From: Antedon mediterranea | Lineage: Eukaryota > Animalia > Echinodermata | Assembly (NCBI RefSeq): GCF_964355755.1 | Contig: NC_092673.1 | Span: 30,625,648-30,689,647 of the forward strand | Reading direction: 5' to 3' | Length of the DNA stretch: 64,000 bases | Part shown: piece after piece, positions 1 through 11,656 of the stretch | Numbering within the stretch: position 1 is the first letter of the stretch | How the letters are laid out: each line of letters starts with the position of its first letter | Notes under the pieces: model-generated | What the model saw: only the letters and a program-made list of their open reading frames with translations | Told to the model about the DNA's origin: nothing | Database searches by the model: none | Translations under genes and position numbers: made by a program

Positions 1-416
1 AGCGGTACCCGATTTGTGCCACTCTTTGTTACTTTTGTTATGTTGCTCTTCAATCAATTAGTTGTTGCTGAATAGGAGTTATTTAAATCTGAGACAACAA
101 TCTGTCTCGGTTTCAAACAACCAAGACAACATGTAAACAACAATCACGTGAGGTCATAGGTTAATACATTTAACCTATGACCTTAAAACTATTAGTCCTC
201 CCTTGTGTACACCTTTATATTATAAAAAAAAACGTTGTATTCAAATATATAGCTCTCTTTTTCATTATTAATCTGGATTCTTGTTTTGTGTAACTTTTAA
301 TCGAAATTCTTTGAAATGTTATAGATTTACAAGTGTTCATATTGTTTTCTAATTAGATGTTTGTGTTTTGTTTTTAAATAAGTTTTATTTGTAGATTATA
401 TTGCATATAAAACTAC

Positions 417-1262
417 TTTATACTGAATTTGAATTTTGATATGTTTTGTTTTTGTATGGTGAATATTATTATAAACTGATATTTAAAATTGGAAATAAAT
501 GTGATTTAAATAATGATTGGATGTTAGATTTGTTTATTTACGAAACATAACATCACAGATTCTTGAACCGATTCTAAAACCCTGTTTACATCAAAAGTGT
601 GATGTGCCCACATTTGGTAGTAATGAACAAATATAGTATATTAATATGATATGACATAATCATGTCCATATATGGGCACATCACATTTTGTTTATGTTAC
701 AAAAGTTTGATAGTGTAGACAGAGCTTTAATCGTGTAGTGTAAGTTTAAATGTAACACTATATTGGTCAATGAATCTTAACTGTATTAGAGTTTTATCGC
801 TAAGGTAACAGTCGAATAAATATGAATGAATATTATGTATTTATACTGAATTTGAATTTTGATATGTTTTGTTTTTGTATGGTGAATATTATTATAAACT
901 GATATTTAAAATTGGAAATAAATGTGATTTAAATAATGATTGGATGTTAGATTTGTTTATTTACGAAACATAACATCACAGATTCTTGAACCGATTCTAA
1001 AACCCTGTTTACACCAAAAGTGTGATGTGCCCACATTTGGTAGTAATGAACAAATATAGTATTTTAATATGATATGACATAATCATGTCCATATATGGGC
1101 ACATCACATTTTGTTTATGTTACAAAAGTTTGATAGTGTAGACAGAGCTTTAATCGTGTAATGTAAGTTTAAATGTAACACTACATTGGTCAATGAATCT
1201 TAACTGTATTAGAGTTTTATCGCTAAGGTAACAGTCGAATAAATATGAATGAATATTATGTA
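417..1262. repeat. Near-identical direct tandem duplication, 2 x 423 bp, each unit containing a MITE copy
   Basis: 417-839 and 840-1262 both begin TTTATACTGAATTTGAATTTTG and end GAATATTATGTA, with only a few substitutions. Confidence 0.95.
577..728. mobile_element. Palindromic MITE family A (TIR AAGCTCTGTCTACACTATCAAAC), copy
   Basis: Ends GATAGTGTAGACAGAGCTTT and has the internal inverted repeat TGTGATGTGCCCA...TGGGCACATCACA. A duplicate lies at ~1000-1151. Confidence 0.85.
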
Positions 1263-1323
1263 GTTTTTTTAGAGATACGACTGTCGCTACTGCTTTCTGT
1301 CGACACTCTCGTTCAAAGAGTTA

Positions 1324-1600
1324 AGGCCCATTTACACTAGGATGATAACGATCGACGATAAATAGACAAATATGCATTTTTCATACATAAAACTAAAGAA
1401 ATATAAAAACCTTTTTTTATTTATCATGACGCCATTTGATTGGAATTAAAAAAATATTATTATTATCAAAGACAGCATATATTATTATCCTGTAGATCTC
1501 TAGAACTAAAACCTTTCTAATTTCTCTTGTTTTATGTAAAAATAAAATGCATGCTTATATATTTATTGTCGATCGTTATCGTTCTAGTGTAAATGGGTCT
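1324..1600. mobile_element. Non-autonomous DNA transposon (MITE), PIF/Harbinger-like ends
   Basis: Imperfect TIRs of ~40 bp: AGGCCCATTTACACTAGGATGATAACGATCGAC ... GTCGATCGTTATCGTTCTAGTGTAAATGGGTCT. The superfamily is inferred from the terminal motif only. Confidence 0.75.
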
Positions 1601-1943
1601 TTGTCCCAAACCTAAATTACACACATTACACACCTTTGGTTGGTATACATTTATTATCAACATGAGTTGAGATCTGGGCTTTTTACTACAAATGTAATAT
1701 TCAGGAAAACCAAATTACTTTGATGGAGTATTGGCCAACTGCAAAAGAGTACCCGAATTTTTTACTTCAACATTAAGTCCTCGAAATTAACTACGACTCA
1801 AGAATAGAAATATTTTGTATTATGTATTTATTGTTGTTATATTTTGTATCAATTTGAATTAGAAACTTATACACATTATGGAAATGTGATGAATTCATAG
1901 CCAATCGATCAGCATGTAGTTATGGTAACCAACTTTGATGAGT

Positions 1944-4900
1944 TCAATTATAATATGGAGAAGAATCTGGTGAAACTGTGAAATTTAAAACAAAATTGCA
2001 ACATGTTATGCTTGTTCAAATGCGGTTTGGTAAACCCTAATATAATCCAGGATACAATATATCATTGGTAGTGCAGATGAGTTCCTTAGGAGATGATAAA
2101 TATTAAGCTCTTTTCACAATGAAAGTACGTGGGGGGGGGGAGAGGGGGTTGAGGAGATTAAGAGGCCTAAAATTGAATATCCTATCATTTGCATTGTAAT
2201 TTTTCGAATTTGTGGTCCTCTTTTATGCCCGTCTCTATGAATGACTGTATAAAGCTCTGTCTACACTATCAACTAGTAGTTTGACAAAAAAGTGTGATGT
2301 GCCAAAATATGGTAGTGATATGCCCAAATAGGGTAGTGATATGACATCATCATGTTCATATATGCCACATCATTATTTTTAGTCACAAAAAGTTTGATAG
2401 TTTAGACATAGTTTTAGTATAATACTCACATGAGGACGAGGTATCACTAGGTTCATATTCACTTTCTGGACTGGAATTAGACTCGACAGGAGGCTCTGTA
2501 GTAGGAGCGTTAGTTGGATCTACATGTGAAGTTCAATATTAAAAGTGTTACGTCAAAAAGTCGATTTTTTGTAAGAAAGTGTTCTTGTTTTAATATAACC
2601 ATTAAATGGCCGAACGTGCTTATTTTATATAAAGGCAGTCAAGGCATGGTTATTAGTGGTCCATCGTACCGTAAGATTACCAGATCACTTGATTATTTGT
2701 CGGGACGGTGTGATAGTGATACGATATAACTTACCTGGTCGACAGCCTTTCGGAAATTTACCAGACCACTCCAGCGACGGCAGGCATTCCACGGAACGTA
2801 GGTCTTCGCCCATAATATGGAAACCAACATCACAGAGAAACCCAAGGGAACTACCGACGTGGAAATCACCGCCTATTATTCTTCCATTTTTAAACTCCGA
2901 TGGTGGTGGTGGGCACAGATGACCTAAACATAGATATTGATTGTATATAATTTCATGAAAACTTTCTAAAAAATGGCTAGTAGGATGATTTTAACGTCAT
3001 ATTAGTTTAATGATATACCACCGTAATAAAACATGGTTCCCACAAGCGACGCAACGTAACCTAAGCAACGTAAAGCTTGGTTCCCACTAGCCTAGCGACG
3101 CAACGTAACGCAACCTACGCAACGCAAGAAGATGCCCTTCTAATAATTGTGTTTTCCCCCGCCTGCGTGAAATCAAACCCGCGATATATTGCGTCGTCGG
3201 TTCCCACTTGTGATTACGTAATACAGCACTTTGCGTCAATACGTCGCTGCGTTGCGTTCTAGTGGGAACCACGCTTTAGTATTTTATCTAATGTAAAATT
3301 ATTTATTTAAAAAAATCTTTTTATAATTACCAACGCATCTTGGGGGAGGAACATCAAATACGCCTGCCGTAGTACATCTGGCAAACTGCTCTCCTTCCAG
3401 ACTAAATCCGTTGTCGCACGAATAGACTATCTCGCTGCTCATTGGTATTTGGTCAACGTCTGGATGAGATCTCTCGCCATTCACTGGGGCTTCGGGAACA
3501 TCGCACATTGGTGCTGAAAAAATGATTAGAGGAACATCACACTATTTTTGTCAAACTAATTTGATAGTGCAGATAGACTGGCTTTAGGACAATTGTCAAA
3601 CTAATTTTATAATGCAGACAGAGCAGCTTTAGAGGCCCGTTTAGAGGACAATAATTCGATCAACTTACCTGATTCCAGTATAATAATTTCAACAGTCATT
3701 GGTTTTTGCTTCTCGTCCATGGCATCGTTACACGTGTACAAGCCGGAATGTGATGGGGTTGGTTTTTTTATTGTCAGAGTTTTCGATGCTCTAAAGTACC
3801 TGTTGAAATTTGTTGGAGCTGTAGCTGTTTCATCATAAAGAGTTATCGACAGTTCGGGTTCGCCTACTCGGCATGTTATGTGCAATGGTTGTTTTTTGTC
3901 CTCGGCGATGATGATGCTGCCATTGTTCGATATCCCTGTGATAGCGCCAGTTTCTGTGATGAGTTGCGACTCGGATAGTTCTGAAAAAAAACCCATTGCA
4001 ATAAGAATATATATTATGTATATACTACATTAAACGTGGATAAATAACCGTACCAGTAATCAGTATATAGAAGGCAGACCTACACGTAAATATGAATATT
4101 CACACCTGTGCACAAATTAAAAAAAAAAATCACAGCTGGTGTTGTCCACCATGGTAATTATACTTTTATTAGAATTAGTAAAAATTTTGGACCAATTTGT
4201 ATGTCTCATAATTTCAGTGAGTAACCTCAATTCTTCCAGCAACCCGGCCGAATCACAGATATTACACACACCCATAGGCCTACCGGTGCTCTCCACATGA
4301 CAATTTGTTTCGCATAATTCATAGGCAAATTCCGTAATATAAACACATGTGGAGCTGTATCATGTTATGTTAAATGGTAGGTTAGTGATACAGGCGTCAC
4401 ATTGAAACACATGGGACCATGTATCACGGAATCTGCCTATGATATCGATCAATGTTGATAATACAGTACCAAGAACCGGTTGCGATCTAAACAAAATGCT
4501 AACCGCCGGAGATAAAAGGGTTTATAATAGGCCTACTGATGGTATTTGTCGCAGCCAGACCAAAGATCAAAGGATTATTATGAGTTCCTATCTTGGCAAG
4601 GCGAGCTCAGTGTCCTGTTTTTAGATTACCTTGCTCACAAACTTACCGCATGCTGGTGGTGGAGCAGACCAGCTGTCTCCTACGCACTCTCTATTTTGAC
4701 GGCCACGAAATCTATAACGTCCAACATCTCTGCATCGGCTGACAAGCGTAGTTCCCTCCGGAAACTCATCGTGATCACTCAAACGTAACGGGAAACGGCC
4801 ATTGATGAAGGTGACCACGTGAGAGTCCTTATCGGGTCTTGGACAATCTCCAGCAACATCTTAAATGTAGAAAAGTAGAGTAAATAAGACAAGGAACTGA

Positions 4901-6674
4901 CGTGTGTCTCAACACCAAGCGTGGTATTGTGATATATTAACTTTCATGGCAACATTAATTTTACTTCATAAAAATAACAATCAATTTTGGTTAGGAAAAT
5001 GGAAACGAATTCGGACCAGGGACAAGTAGAATTACACTTCCCTGGTACATCCCTAAGGAGTGGCAATTCAGGAAACGAACAAAACAACCTATTTTAAACG
5101 GTAAATAAATCGGAAAAAAATAAGAATTTTGTTAAGACTAGTCATGATAGGTAATTAATAACAATGACAAAGGCCTATTGTTCATATAAATTCAGACACT
5201 CGATTCTCCGTATTGTATATATGTCCCCAGTAGGCTACCATATGATCCGTATTGCAGCATTACATTTGCCTGGCCCTGCCCTGATAGGGATAATGATGAT
5301 AGTGGTAATAATAATTACTACCATTAATTGAGCACATAACACTTTTTTTGTCAAACTAGTTTGAAAGTTTATGTAGACAAAGCTTTATACCCTAGCCTTA
5401 ATACAATAAAGGCAGATTATACACCTGAGATGCTGTTACGGAATATCTCAAACATGGGCAATATTCGTACGTGGAGACGGGAATCAGGATTCAAACTTTT
5501 CCGAATTGGTTTTTCTATTTTCTAATCAGTTTTTTTTTCGCTTTCAATAATTGTTTCCTCTCCCAACTCTAGATCCTTGATGATAATCCTTTAATCTGAA
5601 GTGGTTACACTCCTTCGGGATGATGTTATCCTATTAATCCACCGTAAATCCATTCATATAGTACTTAGATAAGTTTTCAAAAAGCAAATTTTCTATTTTT
5701 ATTAAACATTTTTTGCGATTAATTACACAGTAGGCCTAGTTAGAGTGTTTTTTTATGTACTAATTTGTTTTTATATGTAACAATTAAAAGGTTATATCAA
5801 CAATTGTGACGTGTTCGTACTTTAATTTAACCATAGCATAGTATCATTTTAGGAGTTAAAGTTGCCTCATGTCAAAGTCGACCCTTTCTCGCACTTTCGC
5901 AAGGACATTGGGACCGTGTGCTATGAAAGGTGTGGAGAATGATGTTGGATAGATAGAAGGAAAATGATGAATTAATGAGGCGAAATTAGAGCGATTAGGT
6001 TAGTCAGTTTAGTAGTGTGGTCTGATGTAAAATGTGTGTCAATTTATTAGAAAATGACAATTATCACCACTAAGGCATATGGCGCCCGGAGGGAGATACT
6101 CTGAAATCAAAGCAATTAGAACAGTATTTGTATTCGTGTGTAATTTAAATTTAAAAAACATCATACATTAGTTTTTACAACCAGAGCACGCGTCAGGATT
6201 TGATTTTTTTTGTTGGTGCATTAAAATACTTTGAAATAAGGTAAACACATAAACACAAATCAGCCTCTCGAAATAAACAGTACAATACTGTGATTCTTTA
6301 ATGAGACCCGCAGACAAAAAACAGTAGAATTTCACTTAGCTAGGATGAGGGGAGAGAGAGAGAAGTAGGCCTAGAAGATAGAAGTGGGAATTATTGATGA
6401 AGACAGAATGGAAATAAACCGGGAGAGCTGGAGAGAAAATGTATGGCCTTGTGTCCAAAGAGGGAGCAGAAAGAGGGAGCAGGAAGAGGATAGATGATGA
6501 GGCAATTCTTTAACGATAAAGAACAAATCTGAAACGACGAATAATTAACAGTCTATATGTCTTTAAAAAAAGTTGTTTACAAACACCTAAAAGATGTTTT
6601 AATGTTACATTGACAAACTAACCTTTAATAAAAATAGCTCCGATCAGCATAAACACAAAATTTAAGCAATACAT
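1944..6674 (-). CDS. Secreted Sushi/CCP and Ig-domain protein (signal peptide-CCP-Ig-CCP-CCP-Ser/Pro/Glu-rich tail, ~356 aa)
   Basis: Exons (-): 6674-6623 (MYCLNFVFMLIGAIFIK), 4859-4647 (CCP: CPRPD...C...C..WSAPPPAC), 3980-3669 (Ig: ITC...SGLYTC), 3513-3331 (CCP), 2923-2735 (CCP), 2519-2430, 1975-1944 (TGA). All introns are GT-AG phase 1 and the frame is continuous (1071 nt). Confidence 0.85.
2251..2415. mobile_element. MITE family A copy
   Basis: AAAGCTCTGTCTACACTATCAA ... TTTGATAGTTTAGACATAGTTT. Confidence 0.85.
3030..3278. mobile_element. Palindromic MITE family B (TIR AAGCTTGGTTCCCACTAG) plus a partial adjacent copy
   Basis: AAGCTTGGTTCCCACTAG at 3074 and CTAGTGGGAACCACGCTT at ~3260-3277, with internal ACGCAACG repeats. 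The same family occurs at 55255-55412 and 56209-56591. Confidence 0.8.
4480..4637. mobile_element. Foldback MITE family C, decayed copy abutting a splice donor
   Basis: Shares GGTATTTG(T/C)CGCAGCCAGAC...GTTCCTATCTTGGCAAGGCGAGCT(C/A)AGTGTCCTG with 55692-55912. Confidence 0.75.
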
Positions 6675-6878
6675 CTTGTGTGTAGTTTCTTCTATCCTGT
6701 TGTAGTTTCACTTTTTAATAGCTCTGCTATTTATCAGTTCTTTCGCAGGAAACTGCCAAACCCTGGATTAGGCCTACTACACGGCAATGGCTTACTATTC
6801 GATGATTTAACTTTCATACCACCTTTTCATGAATAGTCAGAACTGTTACTACATGATTCTGATTAAATACCGCTTTTG

Positions 6879-7231
6879 ATGGTATATATTTAGCCGTTTT
6901 GGTAACTTGGAAATAGTATGGTTCAAATCTCTCTCTAGGTACATGCGCCTATATAAATGGCAAAAGCCTTCCTATATACTTTCTAGGCGTATAATATGGT
7001 ATATTATTTAGCCGTTTTGGTAACTTGAAATAGTATGGTTCAAATCTCACTAGGTACATGCGCCTATATAAATGGCAAAAGCCTTCCTATGTACTTTCTA
7101 GGCGTATAATATGGTATATTATTTAGCCGTTTTGGTAACTTGAAATAGTATGGTTCAAATCTCTCTCTAGGTACATGCGCCTATATAAATGGCAAAAGCT
7201 TTCCTATATACTTTCTAGGCGTATAATATGG
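6879..7231. repeat. Tandem repeat, 3 x ~116 bp
   Basis: The unit TTTAGCCGTTTTGGTAACTTG...AGGTACATGCGCCTATATAAATGGCAAAAGC...CTAGGCGTATAATATGG is repeated three times at high identity. Confidence 0.95.
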
Positions 7232-7871
7232 CGCCAAGTTATAAGATACGGTAGCTAATGTTATTTTGACAACTTTGTAACATGACCACATGTTATCATT
7301 TTGCCATTTTGCTAACTGTATACATTTTCAAGTATCAAATGTATCATTTGATTGGTTTTATTCGGTTCAATAAAATAACTAAAAAAACTATTTAAAAAAA
7401 CAGTAACAGAACCAAGAAACAAAATTTTACCCAGGATAAAGTTGTATATGTTTTATACTAGATTCTGTGTGACGTTTTTTGCCTGAAAATTGTGATTGAG
7501 TACTGTATGATATTATACGTATGAAACGCCTAGTCTTCATTAAACTCATATAATACAAGTGAATACAAAAAAGACACATTATTTATTGTCATTCTACACT
7601 ATTGTACATAAGGCTAGCAATTCATATCAAAAACTGAATGTCTTGTCCTTTTAACAAGCATAAAAATGATTTGTAAACTCATTGTCAATTTTGTTATATC
7701 ATACAGGACTTTCTACAATAATTGAAAAAAAAAATCCAATTTTATATGATGAAATAAATATTTTAGTAGTGTAAACAGTGTAAAATAATTTTATTGTTTT
7801 TATATATACAGTATTTCATTTATTTTTATTGAAACAAGATATCAGAGATTATTGACCTATGATGTCTGTCC

Positions 7872-10800
7872 TTATCGTCCGATTGACGTTGAGCTTATGC
7901 CACTAGCCGCCGGCTTGTCTATAGAACTAGCTTCTCGTTTGAGCACGTGCAGTAGTGTTTGTGAACTTTCTATAATCTGAAAGATATCAAAATTATAATT
8001 AGGAGTGGGACAAAATATTGTTAGAAAATTACACACATTTAAAAAAAAATTAATGTTAAGGATGTATTATATTTTTTTAGGAAACACAAAATCTATGCCT
8101 CATTATACTGTAATATTTACTGGCCATTTAAGTGACCTTTGACCCCAAGACTAGCATGTACCTTTCCATCTATATAAATTATTGCAGTGTGTTTTGCTAT
8201 TAGATAGAAATAGAAGAAAAATCCACTATTAGTAAGATTTTTATCATACAAAAAAAAGATTTTGTAATGGATATAAGCAACATTAGAAATAGTACTGTAA
8301 CTAATGATAAAGTGAAACATTTACTTTAAATTAATATTACTTTATTATTTTCTTTGCAGAGTGACTTTTTAAATGTGTAAGTGTTGAAATTATTTGTATA
8401 TGTGCCCAAAAATCTGTTGCCAAACTAATTAGTTCTAATGAATAATTAGCAACCATCACCAAAATATATTTATCAAAATATTTTTTAAATTATACAATTG
8501 AAACTTTTTACCAAGCACCCATGCATATTATTTATTATTATATTTATAATCAAATTGACATCATGATCTACTCTACCAACCTATGATACTATATATCATG
8601 GTTTTGTTTAGTTGATTATTTAGAATAAATGTTCACCTAATTTTTATTGTATGAAATCTTAATATTTACATTATTTATTTCTCTCTGTACAGATTTTGTG
8701 TAAAAAAAGTGCCTAAATATGGTAGTGATATACTTAAATATGGTGGTGATATGACATCATCATGTCCATATGGGCACATCACAGTTTGATAGTGGACAGA
8801 ACTTTAGATTTGGTAAAAATACTACGCTACAGTAAATTAATTTCACTCTAGAACTCTAGACACTTTGCATTCACATTTGTTCTGTTTTACATAACAAGTG
8901 TGAAATGAAGATTTTCAGAATACAAATCAAAACATTTGGATTTAAATGTAGAATCATTCTATCTATTCAAACAGCTCAGAAGAGCATAATCTACCAAATG
9001 AAACAAAGCTATACATAAAACAGGATGTTAGTAATTGTTCTAGGGTAGTTTTGATTGCACTAGACACACCTTACTAAATAATCTTTTAAACTACAATTAG
9101 AAATCTGTATGGCCAGGCATTAATTGTTCTCAAAATGCACTGGGTAACAGTTCATAGCAGCTGTCGTTCATTTCAGCTTGCCATACTTTACCTAAAAGAA
9201 AAATACCACCCCTTTGGCTTTAGGGATTAAAAGCAGGGAGATCTAAAACTAATTTGTTTTAAATCTCTCTGGTAACTAAAAGCAATGAGAAAAAATTCCA
9301 GCCTATTGTACTCAATTGTATTTATTTATTATTTCACTATACTGGGTAGCCTCTTCAGTCAAATACTATTCTCCTAGAGTAATGGTGAATAAATTATAAA
9401 TTTAAGCTTATTAATTGGTGACCGAATAGATAAGATACCTTGAATATTAGTATTCCTTCTCATAGACTCCCATTTACACTTATGTTTGGGTCCCAGGACG
9501 GCCCAAATCGTAAGTGTAAATGGGGTCTTAGACACCATACACTGTGTCTACATCTCAGTAGGGTAAGAACAATTCAAGATACAAATTTTTATATTATTCT
9601 TTGTAAACATGTGCAGTGCAATCAAAAGTACTCTACTAAATAATCTATAACTACTGTACCACTCCAGTGCACAAAAAAAAATTATTTATAAAGTTATTAA
9701 TTTTTCAGCACCTATTAACTTTTTGTAAATTTTAAATGTCCCTTATCTTTCAAAACATCTGCCTCACTCTTTAAGACATTTAACAACGTATGAGAACTTT
9801 CAATTATCTGTGGGATGGAGGAGATATTATAGTTCATTTGTATGTGGTAGGTAGAGAGAAAACAAGTTTGCCCACAGCACTTGAAAGACGGCTCATTTAC
9901 ATTGTACTGCATGATTGTGGGTCACACGGCATGCAATACTATGCACTATTGAACTATTGTTCAATAGTAATTAAAAACAATTTTTTTTGTGTATGAAAAA
10001 ATACAGCGCTTCCTATTAATGTACTTCTGCCACAGTGATTGAAGTGTGACCTCGTATCGCAACAGAAGTACATTTTTGGAGATCGTTTGTATGATTTTAA
10101 TTAATTATTAGGAATATATTCACAAGACATGGAATCGTTGCCATTGGATAAAAACAGAATTAGCCCAGATGATTTGCCTGTAGAAGTGTTGTAATAATGA
10201 AATATATAAAATATAACCTTTCATCATTTACCCCATTATTTGTACCATTCTAGTAGAATTTCTACTCATTACATTTTCACCTGTGTGTCATGTAAAAATG
10301 AACGGATAGTCAGGTAAAGGTAATAAAACAAAACTTATAATTAATTATTATTAAGATAACAAGACAAAAGATATCTAATATTAATATTATTATTATACCT
10401 TCATGTATGCTGCTTCAGTTTCAGCTATTGTTTTATCAAATTCATTTCTCATTGCCATTTTCTTTGCTAAACTTTCATTTACTTTTGCTAGTTTCTCTGT
10501 CAATATCCTAACATCATTTTGAATTTTCTGCTTCTCTTCTTCTTCTGACAATATTTGTTTATGCAGATCATCTCTCTTTACACATAACTCTTCGATACCT
10601 ATAAGTAAAAATTATCGATCAATAAAGAAAACATTTGCAACTAGGCCTAGGCCTATTTCTGCATGTCTCTCACTCTCTAATCTGATTTTTTTTAAAGCAT
10701 TCACATACATGCTGCACAGACAGCGCGGTATGGCGGGTAAGTGACTGTGAAGTCGGTGTTAACTATCAAATTATATATATATATAATATACCTCATATAG

Positions 10801-11059
10801 TTAATAGGTCTAGACTTAACAATACATGGCACTCTAGGTCTAGCCCATCTAGGCCTGGATGTGTGTGGTGGTTTGGTACAAAACAAAGCGCGTCGGCGGC
10901 CGGCGTTGGGTTTGGGTTGGGGGCTTCCTGTTTAGGCCTAGGCCTAGGCCTAGGCCTACTAGCCTTTATTGTAACGACCGTAAACACCACATTACCCTAA
11001 CACTTACATTTCACAAGTTCATTGTTGTAACTCTGAAGCGCAGCACCTTGTTGAGACAT
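7872..11059 (-). CDS. SSNA1: Microtubule nucleation factor SSNA1 / NA14 (isoform using distal last exon, 118 aa)
   Basis: Exons (-): 11059-11008 ([17 protein letters not shown]), 10598-10399 ([12 protein letters not shown]...[16 protein letters not shown]), 7976-7872 ([34 protein letters not shown]). Closely matches vertebrate SSNA1 ([23 protein letters not shown]...ILESSQTLL). Confidence 0.95.
8680..8806. mobile_element. MITE family A copy (decayed)
   Basis: ATATGGTAGTGATAT...CATCATCATGTCCATATGGGCACATCACAGTTTGATAGTG. Confidence 0.75.
9464..9528. repeat. Short hairpin / internally deleted Harbinger-like MITE
   Basis: AGACTCCCATTTACACTTATGTTTGGG...CCCAAATCGTAAGTGTAAATGGGGTCT. The ends resemble the element at 1324-1600. 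Confidence 0.7.
9715..9807 (-). CDS. SSNA1: SSNA1 alternative (proximal) terminal exon, giving a 114-aa isoform
   Basis: Phase-0 acceptor ctcctccatcccacag. Encodes [30 protein letters not shown], homologous to the distal last exon. Confidence 0.8.
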   Translation of the reverse strand: MIESSHTLLNVLKSEADVLKDKGHLKFTKS

Positions 11060-11656
11060 TTATTACGTATGAAATCGTCTTTTTTGTAAGTTTTAGACGT
11101 ACGTGCACAACTTGTTTACAAATGGCGATAAATTTCCCAGGGCAACAACTTTTTACGCGCCACATAAATTGGTGAGGGCGACAAACACACTCCAATGTGA
11201 TGTTTTTGTGGGATTGAGTCAGATACTTTGTGAATAAATCGTAATAAAAAAAAAACTAGACTTACTAACTGATTTGTTTCAATATGTTTGATTATTTAAT
11301 GGATGTTGTGTAAGCATTGCATTTCAAATATGTATTAATAGAAAATTATTGAATAAAGTCATTGAAATGATGAAGCGTAATTTTATCTTGATTGTTTCTT
11401 AAAACAGGAAATTAAATATTTGGCAAGTAATGATGTTCCCAGTAGTGAGGTAATAATATATCGGATGTTCCACAATCCGTTTTAGGATAGCGCCCCCTCA
11501 CACAATGTTTTGTATTTTACGATTGGAATATCACGTTAATCATCAAAACACATTATTAGCAGCTATGGCAACTGACTAACGTGACATTATAATACCATCA
11601 TAACATCATCTTATCTGCTTTCGAAGTAGGCCTTATTGAACATTTCAACTAGAAAG
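11060..11656. promoter_or_regulatory. Bidirectional promoter of SSNA1 and the C1orf21 homologue, plus a probable non-coding first exon
   Basis: Head-to-head genes. X-box-like TTTCCCAGGGCAAC (11133-11146) and GCAGCTATGGCAAC (11559-11572); forkhead-like TGTTTACA (11113-11120); YY1-like AAATGGCG; donor AAAG|GTAGGT at 11656/11657. Confidence 0.6.

Noticed and set aside
6879-7231. CRISPR-like or snRNA-array interpretation of the tandem repeats
   Set aside because: The units are contiguous with no unique spacers and no snRNA motifs, and the context is eukaryotic.
10701-11089. ORFs containing RPRPRPRP
   Set aside because: They are translations of the (TAGGCC)n intronic tract and overlap SSNA1 exon 1.
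11487-11502. CTCF-like TAGCGCCCCCTC motif (similar at 31334)
   Set aside because: Only a partial match to the CTCF consensus; cannot be supported without PWM or ChIP data.
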